DNA from: Haliotis rubra | Taxonomy: Eukaryota | Direction: 5' to 3' | NCBI RefSeq assembly: GCF_003918875.1 | Contig: NW_025765570.1 | Coordinates: forward strand, 682,001-746,000 | DNA length: 64,000 bases | Shown here: positions 1 to 13,100 of the stretch, piece by piece | How positions within the stretch are numbered: the stretch's first letter is position 1 | Layout of the letters: each line of letters begins with the position of its first letter | Notes under the pieces: model-generated | Seen by the model: only the letters and a program-made list of their open reading frames with translations | The model's database searches: none | Told to the model about the DNA's origin: nothing | Made by a program: the position numbers and the translations under genes

Positions 1-504
1 TCCACAGCAAGTCGAGGAATTCATGAAGCTCGGGGTGATGCCTGCTATTTATATGGCGTGACGTCAAGCGGGACAAAGCGGGACCAAATAATACCACGAC
101 TGCTGGTTGTAGCAATGCATGCCGATGCTGGAACAATATGCTTCGGGCTTACCATGCCGTACACTGGACGTAAACAATGCGCCAACAATACTTGACCTGG
201 ACGTAAACAATACGCACCATTTTCGGCCACGCATTGCGTGCCAAGTGCGTAAACACGACGCGAACAGTGCGCAAAATAGGCTTCACGGCTTTCATGCGCA
301 CCATCTAAATTACACGCATTGGCACGACGAATTGCGCGGCAGTGTTGAGGCAAAATTTGTGCAAGTGTCAATGTGGCATGAGAATCGGAAGATGGTTGCA
401 AATCTAAAATAGGTCCACACATGTCGTAAGTCTATCTTATCTTCATCAAAGATGGCTGCACATTTTGCATGAAGCATTAAATAATCTGCTTCAAGCTGAT
501 GATC

Positions 505-1028
505 TGTCTGTATCAGGACAATCAGTCATATCAGTCATGTCGGAATAACTTGATCATCAGTCATGTCGGTCATGTTGGGATACCAGGACCATCTCTCATG
601 TCAGGATAACAGGACCATCTCTCATGTCAGGTATCACCTGTCATGTCAGGATAACAGGACCATCAATCAAGTCGGGATAATAGGAACATCTGTCATGTCG
701 GGATAACAGGACCATCTGTCATGTCAGGATACTAGAACCATCAGTCGTGTCGGTCATGTCGAGAGAAAAGGACAATCAGTCATGTCGGTCATGTCGGGAT
801 AACAGAACCATCAGTCGTGTAAAGATAACAGGACCATCTGTCATGTCAGGATACTAGAACCATCAGTCGTGTCGGTCATGTCGAGAGAAAAGGACAATCA
901 GTCATGTCGGTCATGTCGGGATAACAGAACCATCTGCGTGTCGGTCATGTCGAGAGAAAAGGACAATCAGTCATGTCAGTCATGTCAGAATAACAGAACC
1001 ATCTGTCGTGTCGGTCATGTCGGGATAC
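505..1028. repeat. Degenerate minisatellite, ~26-bp unit with ~9-bp sub-repeats
   Basis: Repeated catgtcgggataacaggaccatctgt and catgtcggt variants. Confidence 0.85.
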
Positions 1029-1383
1029 TTGTGTGGGCATGTAGGAGCAGCTGGACAAGGCATGAACTTGTTGGAAAGCTAGCACACCTAAGATCGATGT
1101 TGTGTTTATTTTTAAACATGTCAGGCGAAATCAAGCATTACGTCCTGTTTAAGATTTTCAGTGAGAAGATGAGAAGAACTTTTTGGATGGGTGTTAATCA
1201 TTCCGGTGAATCCATAGATAACAAGAGCTGACATTATGTTATTGTGTTTCAGACATTGCGGTCTGGACATACCATTCCTTCACTGGATGGAGTATTTCAT
1301 AGCATCACATCTACCTTCACTCCCTGCCATTGCAGACGGATACAGTACAAAGTATTACCAAAATGTACAGGCCTGGGCCAGAC

Positions 1384-4300
1384 CAAACAAACAATATAGT
1401 GTAGAGTGTATGTATGAACCTGCGTCCTCACCTCCACAGAGGTCTACCTTCCACCAGTTGGACAAACAAAACAACGTAGTGTAGAGTGTATGTATGAACC
1501 TGCGTCCTCACCTCCACAGAGGTCTACCTTCAACCAGTTGGACAAACAAAACAACGTAGTGTAGAGTGTATGTATGAACCTGCGTCCTCACCTCCACAGA
1601 GGTCTACCTTCAACCAGTTGGACAAACAAAACAATGTAGTGTAGAGTGTATGTAGTGTAGAGTGTATGTGAACCTGCGTCTGAACCTGCGTCCTCACCTC
1701 CACAGAGGTCTACCTTCAACCAGTTGGACAAACAAAACAACGTAGTGTAGAGGTATGTGTGAACCTGCGTCCTCACCTCCACAGAGGTCTCACCAGTTGG
1801 ACAAACAAAACAACGTAGTGTAGAGTGTATGTATGAACCTGCGTCCTCACCTCCACAGTCCTCACCTCCACAGAGTGTGTATGACCCTGCGTCCTCACCT
1901 ACCTTCAATCAGTTGGACAAACAAAACAACGTAGTGTAGAGTGTATGTATGAACCTGCGTCCTCACCTCCACAGAGGTCTACCTTCAACCAGTTGGACAA
2001 ACAAAACAACGTAGTGTAGAGTGTATGTATGAACCTGCGTCCTCACCTCCACAGAGGTCTACCTTCAACCAGTTGGACAAACAAAACAACGTAGTGTAGA
2101 GTGTATGTATGAACCTGCGTCCTCACCTCCACAGAGGTCTACCTTCAACCAGTTGGACAAACAAAACAACGTAGTGTAGAGTGTATGTATGAACCTGCGT
2201 CCTCACCTCCACAGAGGTCTACCTTCAACCAGTTGGACAAACAAAACAACGTAGTGTAGAGTGTATGTATGAACCTGCGTCCTCACCTCCACAGAGGTCT
2301 ACCTTCAACCAGTTGGACAAACAAAACAACGTAGTGTAGAGTGTATGTATGAACCTGCGTCCTCACCTCCACAGAGGTTTACCTTCAACCAGTTGGACAA
2401 ACAAAACAACGTAGTGTAGAGTGTATGTATGAACCTGCGTCCTCACCTCCACAGAGGTCTACCTTCAACCAGTTGGACAAACAAAACAACGTAGTGTAGA
2501 GTGTATGTATGAACCTGCGTCCTCACCTCCACAGAGGTCTACCTTCAACCAGTTGGACAAACAAAACAACGTAGTGTAGAGTGTATGTATGAACCTGCGT
2601 CCTCACCTCCACAGAGGTCTACCTTCAACCAGTTGGACAAACAAAACAACGTAGTGTAGAGTGTATGTATGAACCTGCGTCCTCACCTCCACAGAGGTCT
2701 ACCTTCAACCAGTTGGACAAACAAAACAACGTAGTGTAGAGTGTATGTATGAACCTGCGTCCTCACCTCCACAGAGGTCAACCTTCAATCAGTTGGACAA
2801 ACAAAACAACGTAGTGTAGAGTGTATGTATGAACCTGCGTCCTCACCTCCACAGAGGTCTACCTTCAACCAGTTGGACAAACAAAACAACGTAGTGTAGA
2901 GTGTATGTATGAACCTGCGTCCTCACCTCCACAGAGGTCTACCTTCAATCAGTTGGACAAACAAAACAACGTAGTGTAGAGTGTATGTATGAACCTGCGT
3001 CCTCACCTCCACAGAGGTCTACCTTCAACCAGTTGGACAAACAAAACAACGTAGTGTAGAGTGTATGTATGAACCTGCGTCCCTCCACCTCCACAGAGGT
3101 CTACCTTCAATCAGTTGGACAAACAAAACAACGTAGTGTAGTGTAGAGTGTATGTATGAACCTGCGTCCTCACCTCCACAGAGGTCTACCTTCAATCCAG
3201 TTGGACAAACAAAACAACGTAGTGTAGAGTGTATGTATGAACCTGCGTCCTCACCTCCACAGAGGTCTACCTTCAACTCAGTTGGACAAACAAAAAACAA
3301 CGTAGTGTAGAGTGTATGTATGAACCTGCGTCCTCACCTCCACAGAGGTCTACCTTCAATCAGTTGGACAAACAAAACAACGTAGTGTAGAGTGTATGTA
3401 TGAACCTGCGTCCTCACCTCCACAGAGGTCTACCTTCAACCAGTTGGACAAACAAAACAGTGTAGAGTGTATGTATGTAGTGTAGAGTGTATCAACCAGT
3501 TATGACAAAACCTGCGTCCTCACCTCCACAGAGGTCTACCTTCAACCAGTTGGACAAACAAAACAACGTAGTGTAGAGTGTATGTATGAACCTGCGTCCT
3601 CACCTCCACAGAGGTCTACCTTCAACCAGTTGGACAAACAAAACATTGTAGTGTAGAGTGTATGTATGAACCTGCGTCCTCACCTCCACAGAGGTCTACC
3701 TTCAATCAGTTGGACAAACAAAACATTGTAGTGTAGAGTGTATGTATGAACCTGCGTCCTCACCTCCACAGAGGTCTACCTTCAACCAGTTGGACAAACA
3801 AAACAACGTAGTGTAGAGTGTATGTATGAACCTGCGTCCTCACCTCCACAGAGGTCTACCTTCAACCAGTTGGACAAACAAAAAACAACGTAGTGTAGAG
3901 TGTATGTATGAACCTGCGTCCTCACCTCCACAGAGGTCTACCTTCAACCAGTTGGACAAACAAAACAACGTAGTGTAGAGTGTATGTATGAACCTGCGTC
4001 CTCACCTCCACAGAGGTCTACCTTCAACCAGTTGGACAAACAAAACAACGTAGTGTAGAGTGTATGTATGAACCTCCTCACCTCCACAGAGAGGTCACCT
4101 TAGTCCTCACCTCCACAAGGTCTACCTTGGACCAGTTGGACAAAAAACAACGTAGTGTAGAGTGTATGTATGAACCTGCGTCCTCACCTCCACAGAGGTC
4201 TACCTTCAACCAGTTGGACAAACAAAACAACGTAGTGTAGAGTGTATGTATGAACCTGCGTCCTCACCTCCACAGAGGTCTACCTTCAACCAGTTGGACA

Positions 4301-7066
4301 AACAAAAAACAACGTGAAGTGTCAACCAGTTGGACAAACAAAACAAGAGTGTATGTATGAACCTGCGTCCTCACCTCCACAGAGGTCTACCTTCAACCAG
4401 TTGGACAAACAAAACAACGTAGTGTAGAGTGTATGTATGAACCTGCGTCCTCACCTCCACAGAGGTCTACCTTCAACCAGTTGGACAAACAAAACAACGT
4501 AGTGTAGAGTGTATGTATGAACCTGCGTCCTCACCTCCACAGAGGTCTACCTTCAACCAGTTGGACAAACAAAACAACGTAGTGTAGAGTGTATGTATGA
4601 ACCTGCGTCCTCACCTCCACAGAGGTCTACCTTCAACCAGTTGGACAAACAAAACAACGTAGTGTAGAGTGTATGTATGAACCTGCGTCCTCACCTCCAC
4701 AGAGGTCTACCTTCAACCAGTTGGACAAACAAAACAACGTAGTGTAGAGTGTATGTATGAACCTGCGTCCTCACCTCCACAGAGGTCTACCTTCAACCAG
4801 TTGGACAAACAAAACAACGTAGTGTAGAGTGTATGTATGAACCTGCGTCCTCACCTCCACAGAGGTCTACCTTCAACCAGTTGGACAAACAAAACAACGT
4901 AGTGTAGAGTGTATGTATGAACCTGCGTCCTCACCTCCACAGAGGTCTACCTTCAACCAGTTGGACAAACAAAACAACGTAGTGTAGAGTGTATGTATGA
5001 ACCTGCGTCCTCACCTCCACAGAGGTCTACCTTCAACCAGTTGGACAAACAAAACAACGTAGTGTAGAGTGTGTATGTATGAACCTGCGTCCTCACCTCC
5101 ACAGAGGTCTACCTTACCTTCAACCAGTTGGACAAACAAAACAACGTAGTGTAGAGTGTATGTATGAACCTGCGTCCTCACCTCCACAGAGGTCTACCTT
5201 CAACCAGTTGGACAAACAAAACAACGTAGTGTAGAGTGTATGTATGAACCTGCGTCCTCACCTCCACAGAGGTCTACCTTCAACCAGTTGGACAAACAAA
5301 ACAACGTAGTGTAGAGTGTATGTATGAACCTGCGTCCTCACCTCCACAGAGGTCTACCTTCAACCAGTTGGACAAACAAAACAACGTAGTGTAGAGTGTA
5401 TGTATGAACCTGCGTCCTCACCTCCACAGAGGTCTACCTTCAACCAGTTGGACAAACAAAACATTGTAGTGTAGAGTGTATGTATGAACCTGCGTCCTCA
5501 CCTCCACAGAGGTCTACCTTCAACCAGTTGGACAAACAAAAAACAACGTAGTGTAGAGTGTATGTATGAACCTGCGTCCTCACCTCCACAGAGGTCTACC
5601 TTCAACCAGTTGGACAAACAAAACAACGTAGTGTAGAGTGTATGTATGAACCTGCGTCCTCACCTCCACAGAGGTCTACCTTCAACCAGTTGGACAAACA
5701 AAACAACGTAGTGTAGAGTGTATGTATGAACCTGCGTCCTCACCTCCACAGAGGTCTACCTTCAACCAGTTGGACAAACAAAACAATGTAGTGTAGAGTG
5801 TATGTATGAACCTGCGTCCTCACCTCCACAGAGGTCTACCTTCCACCAGTTGGACAAACAAAACAACGTAGTGTAGAGTGTATGTATGAACCTGTGTCCT
5901 CACCTCCACAGAGGTCAACCTTCAATCAGTTGGACAAACAAAACAACGTAGTGTAGAGTGTATGTATGAACCTGCGTCCTCACCTCCACAGAGGTCTACC
6001 TTCAATCAGTTGGACAAACAAAACAACGTAGTGTAGAGTGTATGTATGAACCTGCGTCCTCACCTCAACACAGAGGTCTACCTTCCACAACCAGTTGGAC
6101 AAACAAAACAACGTAGTGTAGAGTGTATGTATGAACCTGCGTCCTCACCTCCACAGAGGTCTACCTTCCACCAGTTGGACAAACAAAACAACGTAGTGTA
6201 GAGTGTATGTATGAACCTGCGTCCTCACCTCCACAGAGATCTACCTTCAACCAGTTGGACAAACAAAACAACGTAGTGTAGAGTGTATGTATGAACCTGC
6301 GTCCTCACCTCCACAGAGGTCTACCTTCAACCAGTTGGACAAACAAAACAACGTAGTGTAGAGTGTATGTATGAACCTGCGTCCTCACCTCCACAGAGGT
6401 CTACCTTCAACCAGTTGGACAAACAAAACAACGTAGTGTAGAGTGTATGTATGAACCTGCGTCCTCACCTCCACAGAGGTCTACCTTCAACCAGTTGGAC
6501 AAACAAAACAACGTAGTGTAGAGTGTATGTATGAATGAACCTGCGTCCTCACCTCCACAGAGGGTCTCAACCAGTTGGACAAACAAAACAACGTAGTGTA
6601 GAATGTATGAACCTGCGTCCTCACCCACCAGTTGGACAAACAAAACAACGTAGTGTAGAGTGTATGTATGAACCTGCGTCCTCACCTTGACAAACAAAAC
6701 AACGTAGTGTAGAGTGTATGTATGAACCTGCGTCCTCACCTCCACAGAGGTCTACCTTCAATCAGTTGGACAAACAAAACAACGTAGTGTAGAGTGTATG
6801 TATGAACCTGCGTCCTCACCTCCACAGAGGTCTACCTTCAACCAGTTGGACAAACAAAACAACGTAGTGTAGAGTGTGCGTGTGAACCTGCGTCCTCACC
6901 TCCACAGAGGTCTACCTTTCACCAGTTGGACAAACAAAACAACGTAGTGTAGAGTGTATGTATGAACTTGTGTCCTCACCTCCACAGAGGTCTACCTTCA
7001 ACCAGTTGGACAAACAAAACAACGTAGTGTAGAGTGTATGTATGAACCTGCGTCCTCACCTCCACA
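1384..7066. repeat. 80-bp tandem array, ~70 copies
   Basis: Unit aacgtagtgtagagtgtatgtatgaacctgcgtcctcacctccacagaggtctaccttcaaccagttggacaaacaaaac; near-identical copies. Confidence 0.98.
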
Positions 7067-7150
7067 AACTTCTCCCTGGTGATACACACATGCTGTGTCG
7101 TCACACTGACAGAACCGTCCTGAGTATCTCGCAGGACTGGTGCTGGATAT
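7060..7150 (-). CDS. Integrin beta-like exon 12 (I-EGF2/3)
   Basis: tcttgttgttcaag|ATA...GGA G|gtgagg; ISSTSPARYSGRFCQCDDTACVYHQGEVCG. Confidence 0.92.
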
Positions 7151-10100
7151 CTTGAACAACAAGAGGTAATATTGCCCATGAATAATTATTTTCTATGATT
7201 TACACGAAAGTCGTTTTTTGTCTCATGAATCGTATCCAGTAACTGAGAAGCATGTTCACTACATTCAAAACTTTTCTTAGTTCTATAATAGTACTAATAG
7301 TTCTATAAAATTATTCATAGTACTATACGTTCTCCTCATTCAAAACTGTTCGTAGTGCCATACGTTTGCCTAATTCAAAACTGTTCGTACACCTATATAT
7401 TATCTACATAAGAAACCGTTCGCAGTGTTCTGTGCTCCCCAAAGTCAAAACTGTTCACATTTAAAGACAGTGTACAGTTATATTGAAGAACTGTATAAAA
7501 GACAGTGTAAAATAAGCTTAAGATTCTATAAGATAATGATACGATATGGTCTCGGATTCTGCAAAAAAAGTCACTACATGATCGTAGCTAAGTGACAGGC
7601 TTGACTAACAATAAAATAACAAAGACAAAATCTAACATGGCGTTCAAGATGATTCATCTGTGTGGATGCAGGCATGTGCTTATGACTCCATGTCGTCCAT
7701 TATCCCCATCATGCCAAGCCCCTGTCAAGTTAAGAGCATGTGATATTTTTAACGTCTTTTGATAAGAAGAGGCTACAGGATCGAACCATCGACCTCCTGA
7801 TGTAGTGCAGACGCTCAATACTCCGCCTCCCGTCTTTGACCCGTGAAGATCCGAATTAGAATATTGGCCTTCAGTAACCCATGCTTGTCGTAAGAGGCGA
7901 CTAACGGGATCGGGTGGTCAGGCTTGCTGAATTGGTTGACACATGTCATCGGTTCCCAATTACGCAGATCGATGCTCCTAGTGTTGATTACTGGATTATC
8001 TGGTCCAGACTCGATTATTTCCGGACCGCCGCCATATAGTTGGAACATTGCTGAGTGCGGCGTAAACCTCAACTCACTCACTCACTCCTCTCGTTTTTAC
8101 TCTCCTGGCGGTCTGTAGCGAGCATGACGTCAGGGTAGAGTTTGTGGGAGGACGTGCTTATTGAGCAAATGTGCTCGCATACTTACCGAGTTACACTGAC
8201 ATCTTCCACAGAAGCACGTGCCGCGACCAGAGCACTCCTCAGTCATACCTCTGAAAGTGGAAACCAATGTACGTCATTACGAAGAACAATACCTGTATAA
8301 CGTGTGCATATTCACGGCAAAAAAAGGTTTGGCATCAGTTGCATCAATTAAGAACGCTAGTTCCTAAACATATTTACAAATAATTAATTTCAACTGAATT
8401 ATCATTTTTCATTAGAATACTTGAAGATGGGGAAATATGAAATATATTTTAACCAAAAGAGTGAATTTGATGACGTTAAGCTTTGGCCAGATCAAATAGG
8501 TGATTGTCCCGAACAAAAATAGTGTTTATCAATGATCCTAATTCGACTTAGTATGTAACACTTGTTCTGATTGGTCAGTGCTGTAAATTTCCAACCGTAT
8601 AATCAGCAATTTGAAAACCGATTCACCAAAACCTTTGAATGTTTCCCTACGCTATTTGGGTAAAGCTTTTTTTCAGGGCACTGACATTTGCAGAAGCATG
8701 AGGTCAATTAATTCGCCCCTATCCCGTTAAAATGGATGGACTTTGTGTTAAAAAAGACAAAACAGTTACTGTATCATAAATTCAGTTGTAAGTTCACACG
8801 ACTGACTCGCAACGGGCTGTTGACCCAATACCGTTAGATCATGGAACACGATTTATGACGTCAATATGGCCCATAGTTGAGGAATCAGCGGGCCATTATC
8901 ATTTGCAGTGGCCCGCTCATTTCTGTTAACTAGAGGGAGGTTTCATGATAATTTTAGCTATAACACTATGATTTATTCACCATTGCCAGATTTAGTCAGT
9001 ATGCACATAATAAACCAGGAAGTACAGACTTAAGAAAACCATTAACCTTTAGAGTTGTTACCCTAATTTCTGTGCCATGTACACCTTACTGTTATATCTT
9101 AAACCAAAGACTGTCGCATTTCCTTGAAGATGACAATATTTTGGCAGATGAGCAGAACGGATTCAGAAGCAAAAAGGGGTGAGGTGAGGTGAAATTGGGT
9201 TTAACGTCGTACTTGAGAATATTTCTCTCATATGACGACGTGCATGCATGTGTATGTGTATGTGCGGCTGTTTGTACTAGCCCAGACTTAGGCTGGTTTT
9301 ATACTGCTAGGCCACTGAGATACCATGCCGCAGTGAAGCATGAATACCCCACTCAGGCACATTATACTGACTCCGAGCCGATCAGTCCTTGCTGAACCCA
9401 TTAATGCCGAGCGCCAGGCAGGGACCAACAAGTACCATATTTTAACGTCTTTTGGTATGACGCGGTCGGGGATCGAACCCGCGACCTTCCGCTCTCCGGG
9501 CGGACGCTCTAACCACTACACCACTGAGGCGGTCTAGAAAAAAGGGGATGCATGGCACATATATACACATTGTTTACACTTATTGAAGACAGAAAAACTT
9601 CTAATCAACCAACATACGCTGGATTTGTTGATCTCAAGAAAGTTTTCGATAATGTTGATCGAGAGTGTATGTGGTACAAATTATGTAAAACTGGAGTTTG
9701 TGGCACAGACGACCAGTGCTCGTGGAGAGTGAGTGGCTATACACATTCAAGTTTCAACTTAACCCAGGGAGTGAAGCAGGGATGTCAACACCAACACTGT
9801 TCTCCATATATATAAACGACATGGTAGACATAAAGTCTCTCAACTGTGGAATATAAGTTGACAACATCACCATATCCCTGATGCTCTTTGGTGACGACAT
9901 TGTGTTATTAGCCCCAAACGAAGAAAGTCTACAATCTATGTTTAATTAAATGTTGTTGACAAGTGGTGTTTAAAGTGGCAACTTACATTGAATGCAGACA
10001 AAACCAAAGTTGTTCATGTTCGTCCCAACAATTGTCAAGCTACTCCTGTTAAGTTTTCATGTGGAAGTGATAATATAGAAATAGTGGATAAATATATATA

Positions 10101-13100
10101 TATTTAGGACTATGGTTCCTTGATCATGAACACTCAGATCTAAGTGTCACAGTGAGGAAATAGCCAAATCAGCGAGTCGGGCTCTGTCCTGTCTCCAGAT
10201 AAAGTGGATTGAAGCAGGAGATATGACATATGAAACATTCACTAAACGCGTTTGTTCAGCCAGTTCTATTATATGGATCTGCGGTATGGGATACGGAGGA
10301 ATACAGCTGCATAAATTCAGTTCAGAATAGAGCTTGCAGATTTGATCTTGGAGTGACTCGTTCTACTTCAAAGTGTCCCATCCGTGGAGAAATGAGCTGG
10401 AAGAGATGCCTCACAAAACGCGTCGAATTATTCAGACTGTTTGCGTCGCCGATATAACAAACTTTGCGGCTATATAACCACCGGTGTACGTCAAACACAG
10501 TACAGGTATCCCCTAAATGACGGGGTGTGAAAATCACCTAACTATGTCATGATAAATTTACTGACAATAATAATGATAGTCTGTGAGTATACCGAGACAT
10601 TACGCCCCATCTCTTAGCAACATCGGGATCGGTGGGGTAGCCTAGTGGTTAAAGCGTTGGCTCGTCACGCCGAAGACCCGGGTTCGAATCCCCACATGGG
10701 TACATTGTGTGAAGCCCATTTCTGGTGTTGCTGGAATATTGCTAAAAGCGGCGTAAATCCAAACTCGGTCAGTCAGTCTTAGCAACAGTAACCTTCAACG
10801 CTTTTCAGTTTTCTACTTGTTTGCACCACTTAGTATACTGTATAAGCAGTCCTCATGGTAACCAAATCATGAATGCGTTTCTGCAGCAGCAACCACAGCA
10901 CTTATGTTATACTCCTTCATTACAGACATGAGTGAGTGAGTGAAAAAGTATGGTTTTCTGAAGCTTTCAGAAATATGCCAGAATTATCGCGACGGGTGCC
11001 CACAGAAATGTATAGTGCCTATGAGGAATGGTACCTTGACCACTCCTGACATGTTTGAAGATCTGGAGACATGGTGTGTCATCGTATCCAAATTGAAGTC
11101 CAGACTCAATTATGTATCGTTGTTATTAAGAGTAAAGATTGCTGTACCCTCACAGGTAGTGTAGCAAATGATACTTTTGAAGTGAACTATTATAGTTAAA
11201 ACACATTTAAATATGTAATAAAGTTTTACTGGTGACATGTAGGCAGCAGTAAGGCATGTAACATCAAACACCTTCAGCCTGTCCTTGTTTTATCCTATTG
11301 GTGCCGAGCTGCAGGAAGAGACAGACAGACAGACATACAGACAATACTTTATTACCTTGAAAGGAATTCGGTTTGGTTCACAATGAATAACAACATATAA
11401 AATATAACACTACTAAAAACATAAAGAGAGATAAATATGTGCTTAAATAGAAATAAATGAATAAGATGAAAACTGGACATTCAACATTTGTTTAAAATTG
11501 TAATACTTTGAGGTACAAAAGACGTTCGAGCTTGTTTAGTCTTGGTGATTGGCACTGTGTAGAGGCGGCCCGAAGACAAAAGCTTATACTCTAGATTTAA
11601 GTGTAAGATACGAGTGACGTCTTTGTACGTCTTCGCGTATAATGCAATAAGAAGTTCCAACCTTCTGCTCTCCGGGCAGACGCTCTGTCGACTAGATCAC
11701 GAAATCTGTGGTCTTCGGCGCGACAACAACTAAATAGTCCCAGAAAGCTGTGGTCCACGACGGAAATTCTGCTGAATAGTCCCAGAAATCTGTGGTCCAC
11801 GACGGAAATTCTGCTGAATAGTCCCAGAAATCTGTGGTCTTTGGTGCGACAACTGCTGAATAGTCCCAGAAATCTGTGGTCCACGACGGAAATTCTGCTG
11901 AATAGTCCCAGAAATCTGTGGTCTTCGACGCGACAACTGCTGAATAGTCCCAGAAAGCTGTGGTCTTCGGTGCGACAACTGCTGAATAGTCCCAGAAACC
12001 TGTGGTCCACGACGGAAATTCTGCTGAATAGTCCCAGAAATCTGTGGTCTTCGGTGCGACAACTGCTGAATAGTCCCAGAAATCTGTGGTCTTCGGTGCG
12101 ACAACTGCTGAATAGTCCCAGAAATCTGTGGTCTTCGGTGCGACAACTGCTGAATAGTCCCAGAAATCTGTGGTCCACGACGGAAATTCTGCTGAATAGT
12201 CCCAGAAATCTGTGGTCTTCGGTGGAAATTCTGCTGAATAGTCCCAGAAATCTGTGGTCCCAGAAATCTGTGGCGACAACTGCTGAATAGTCCCAGAAAT
12301 CTGTGGTCCACGACGCGACAACTGCTGAATAGTCCCAGAAACCTGTGGTCTTCGGTGCGACAACTGCTGAATAGTCCCAGAAATCTGTGGTCTTCGACGC
12401 GACAACTGCTGAATAGTCCCAGAAAGCTGTGGTCTTCGGTGCGACAACTGCTCAATAGTCCCAGAAACCTGTGGTCCACGACGGAAATTCTGCTGAATAG
12501 TCCCAGAAATCTGTGGTCTTCGGTGCGACAACTGTTGAATAGTCCCAGAAATCTGTGGTCTTCGGTGCGACAACTGCTGAATAGTCTCAGCAATCTGTGG
12601 TCTTCGGTGCCACAACTGCTGATTAGTCCCAGAAATCTGTGGTCCACGACGGAAATTCTCCTAAATAGTCCCAGAAATCTGTGGTCTTCGGTGCCACAAC
12701 TGCTGAATAGTCCCAGAAATCTGTGGTTCACGACGGAAATTCTCCTGAATAGTCCCAGAAATCTGTGGTCCACGACGGAAATTCTGCTGAATAGTCCCAG
12801 AAATCTGTGGTCTTTGGTGTGACAACTGCTGAATAGTCCCAGTAATCTGTGGTCCACGACGGAAATTCTGCTGAATAGTCCCAGAAACCTGTGGTCTTCG
12901 GTGCCACAACTGCTGAATAGTCCCAGAAACCTGTGGTCCTCGACGGAAATTCTGCTGAATAGTCCCAGAAATCTGTGGTCTTCGGTGCCACAACTGCTGA
13001 ATAGTCCCAGAAACCTGTGGTCCTCGACGGAAATTCTGCTGAATAGTCCAAGAAACCTGTTGTCTTCGGTGCGACAACTGCTGAATAGTCCCAGAAACCT

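Noticed and set aside
45-422. ORFs 45-422(-) and 119-412(+) as a continuation of the integrin gene
   Set aside because: No integrin cysteine pattern, transmembrane segment or NPxY motif; the sequence looks repeat-like.
1252-7165. Apparent plus-strand exon split by the 80-bp array (tttcag ... aagag|gtaat)
   Set aside because: The joined frame contains two TGA stops and resembles nothing I recognise. The 7060-7150 part is explained as a minus-strand integrin EGF exon.
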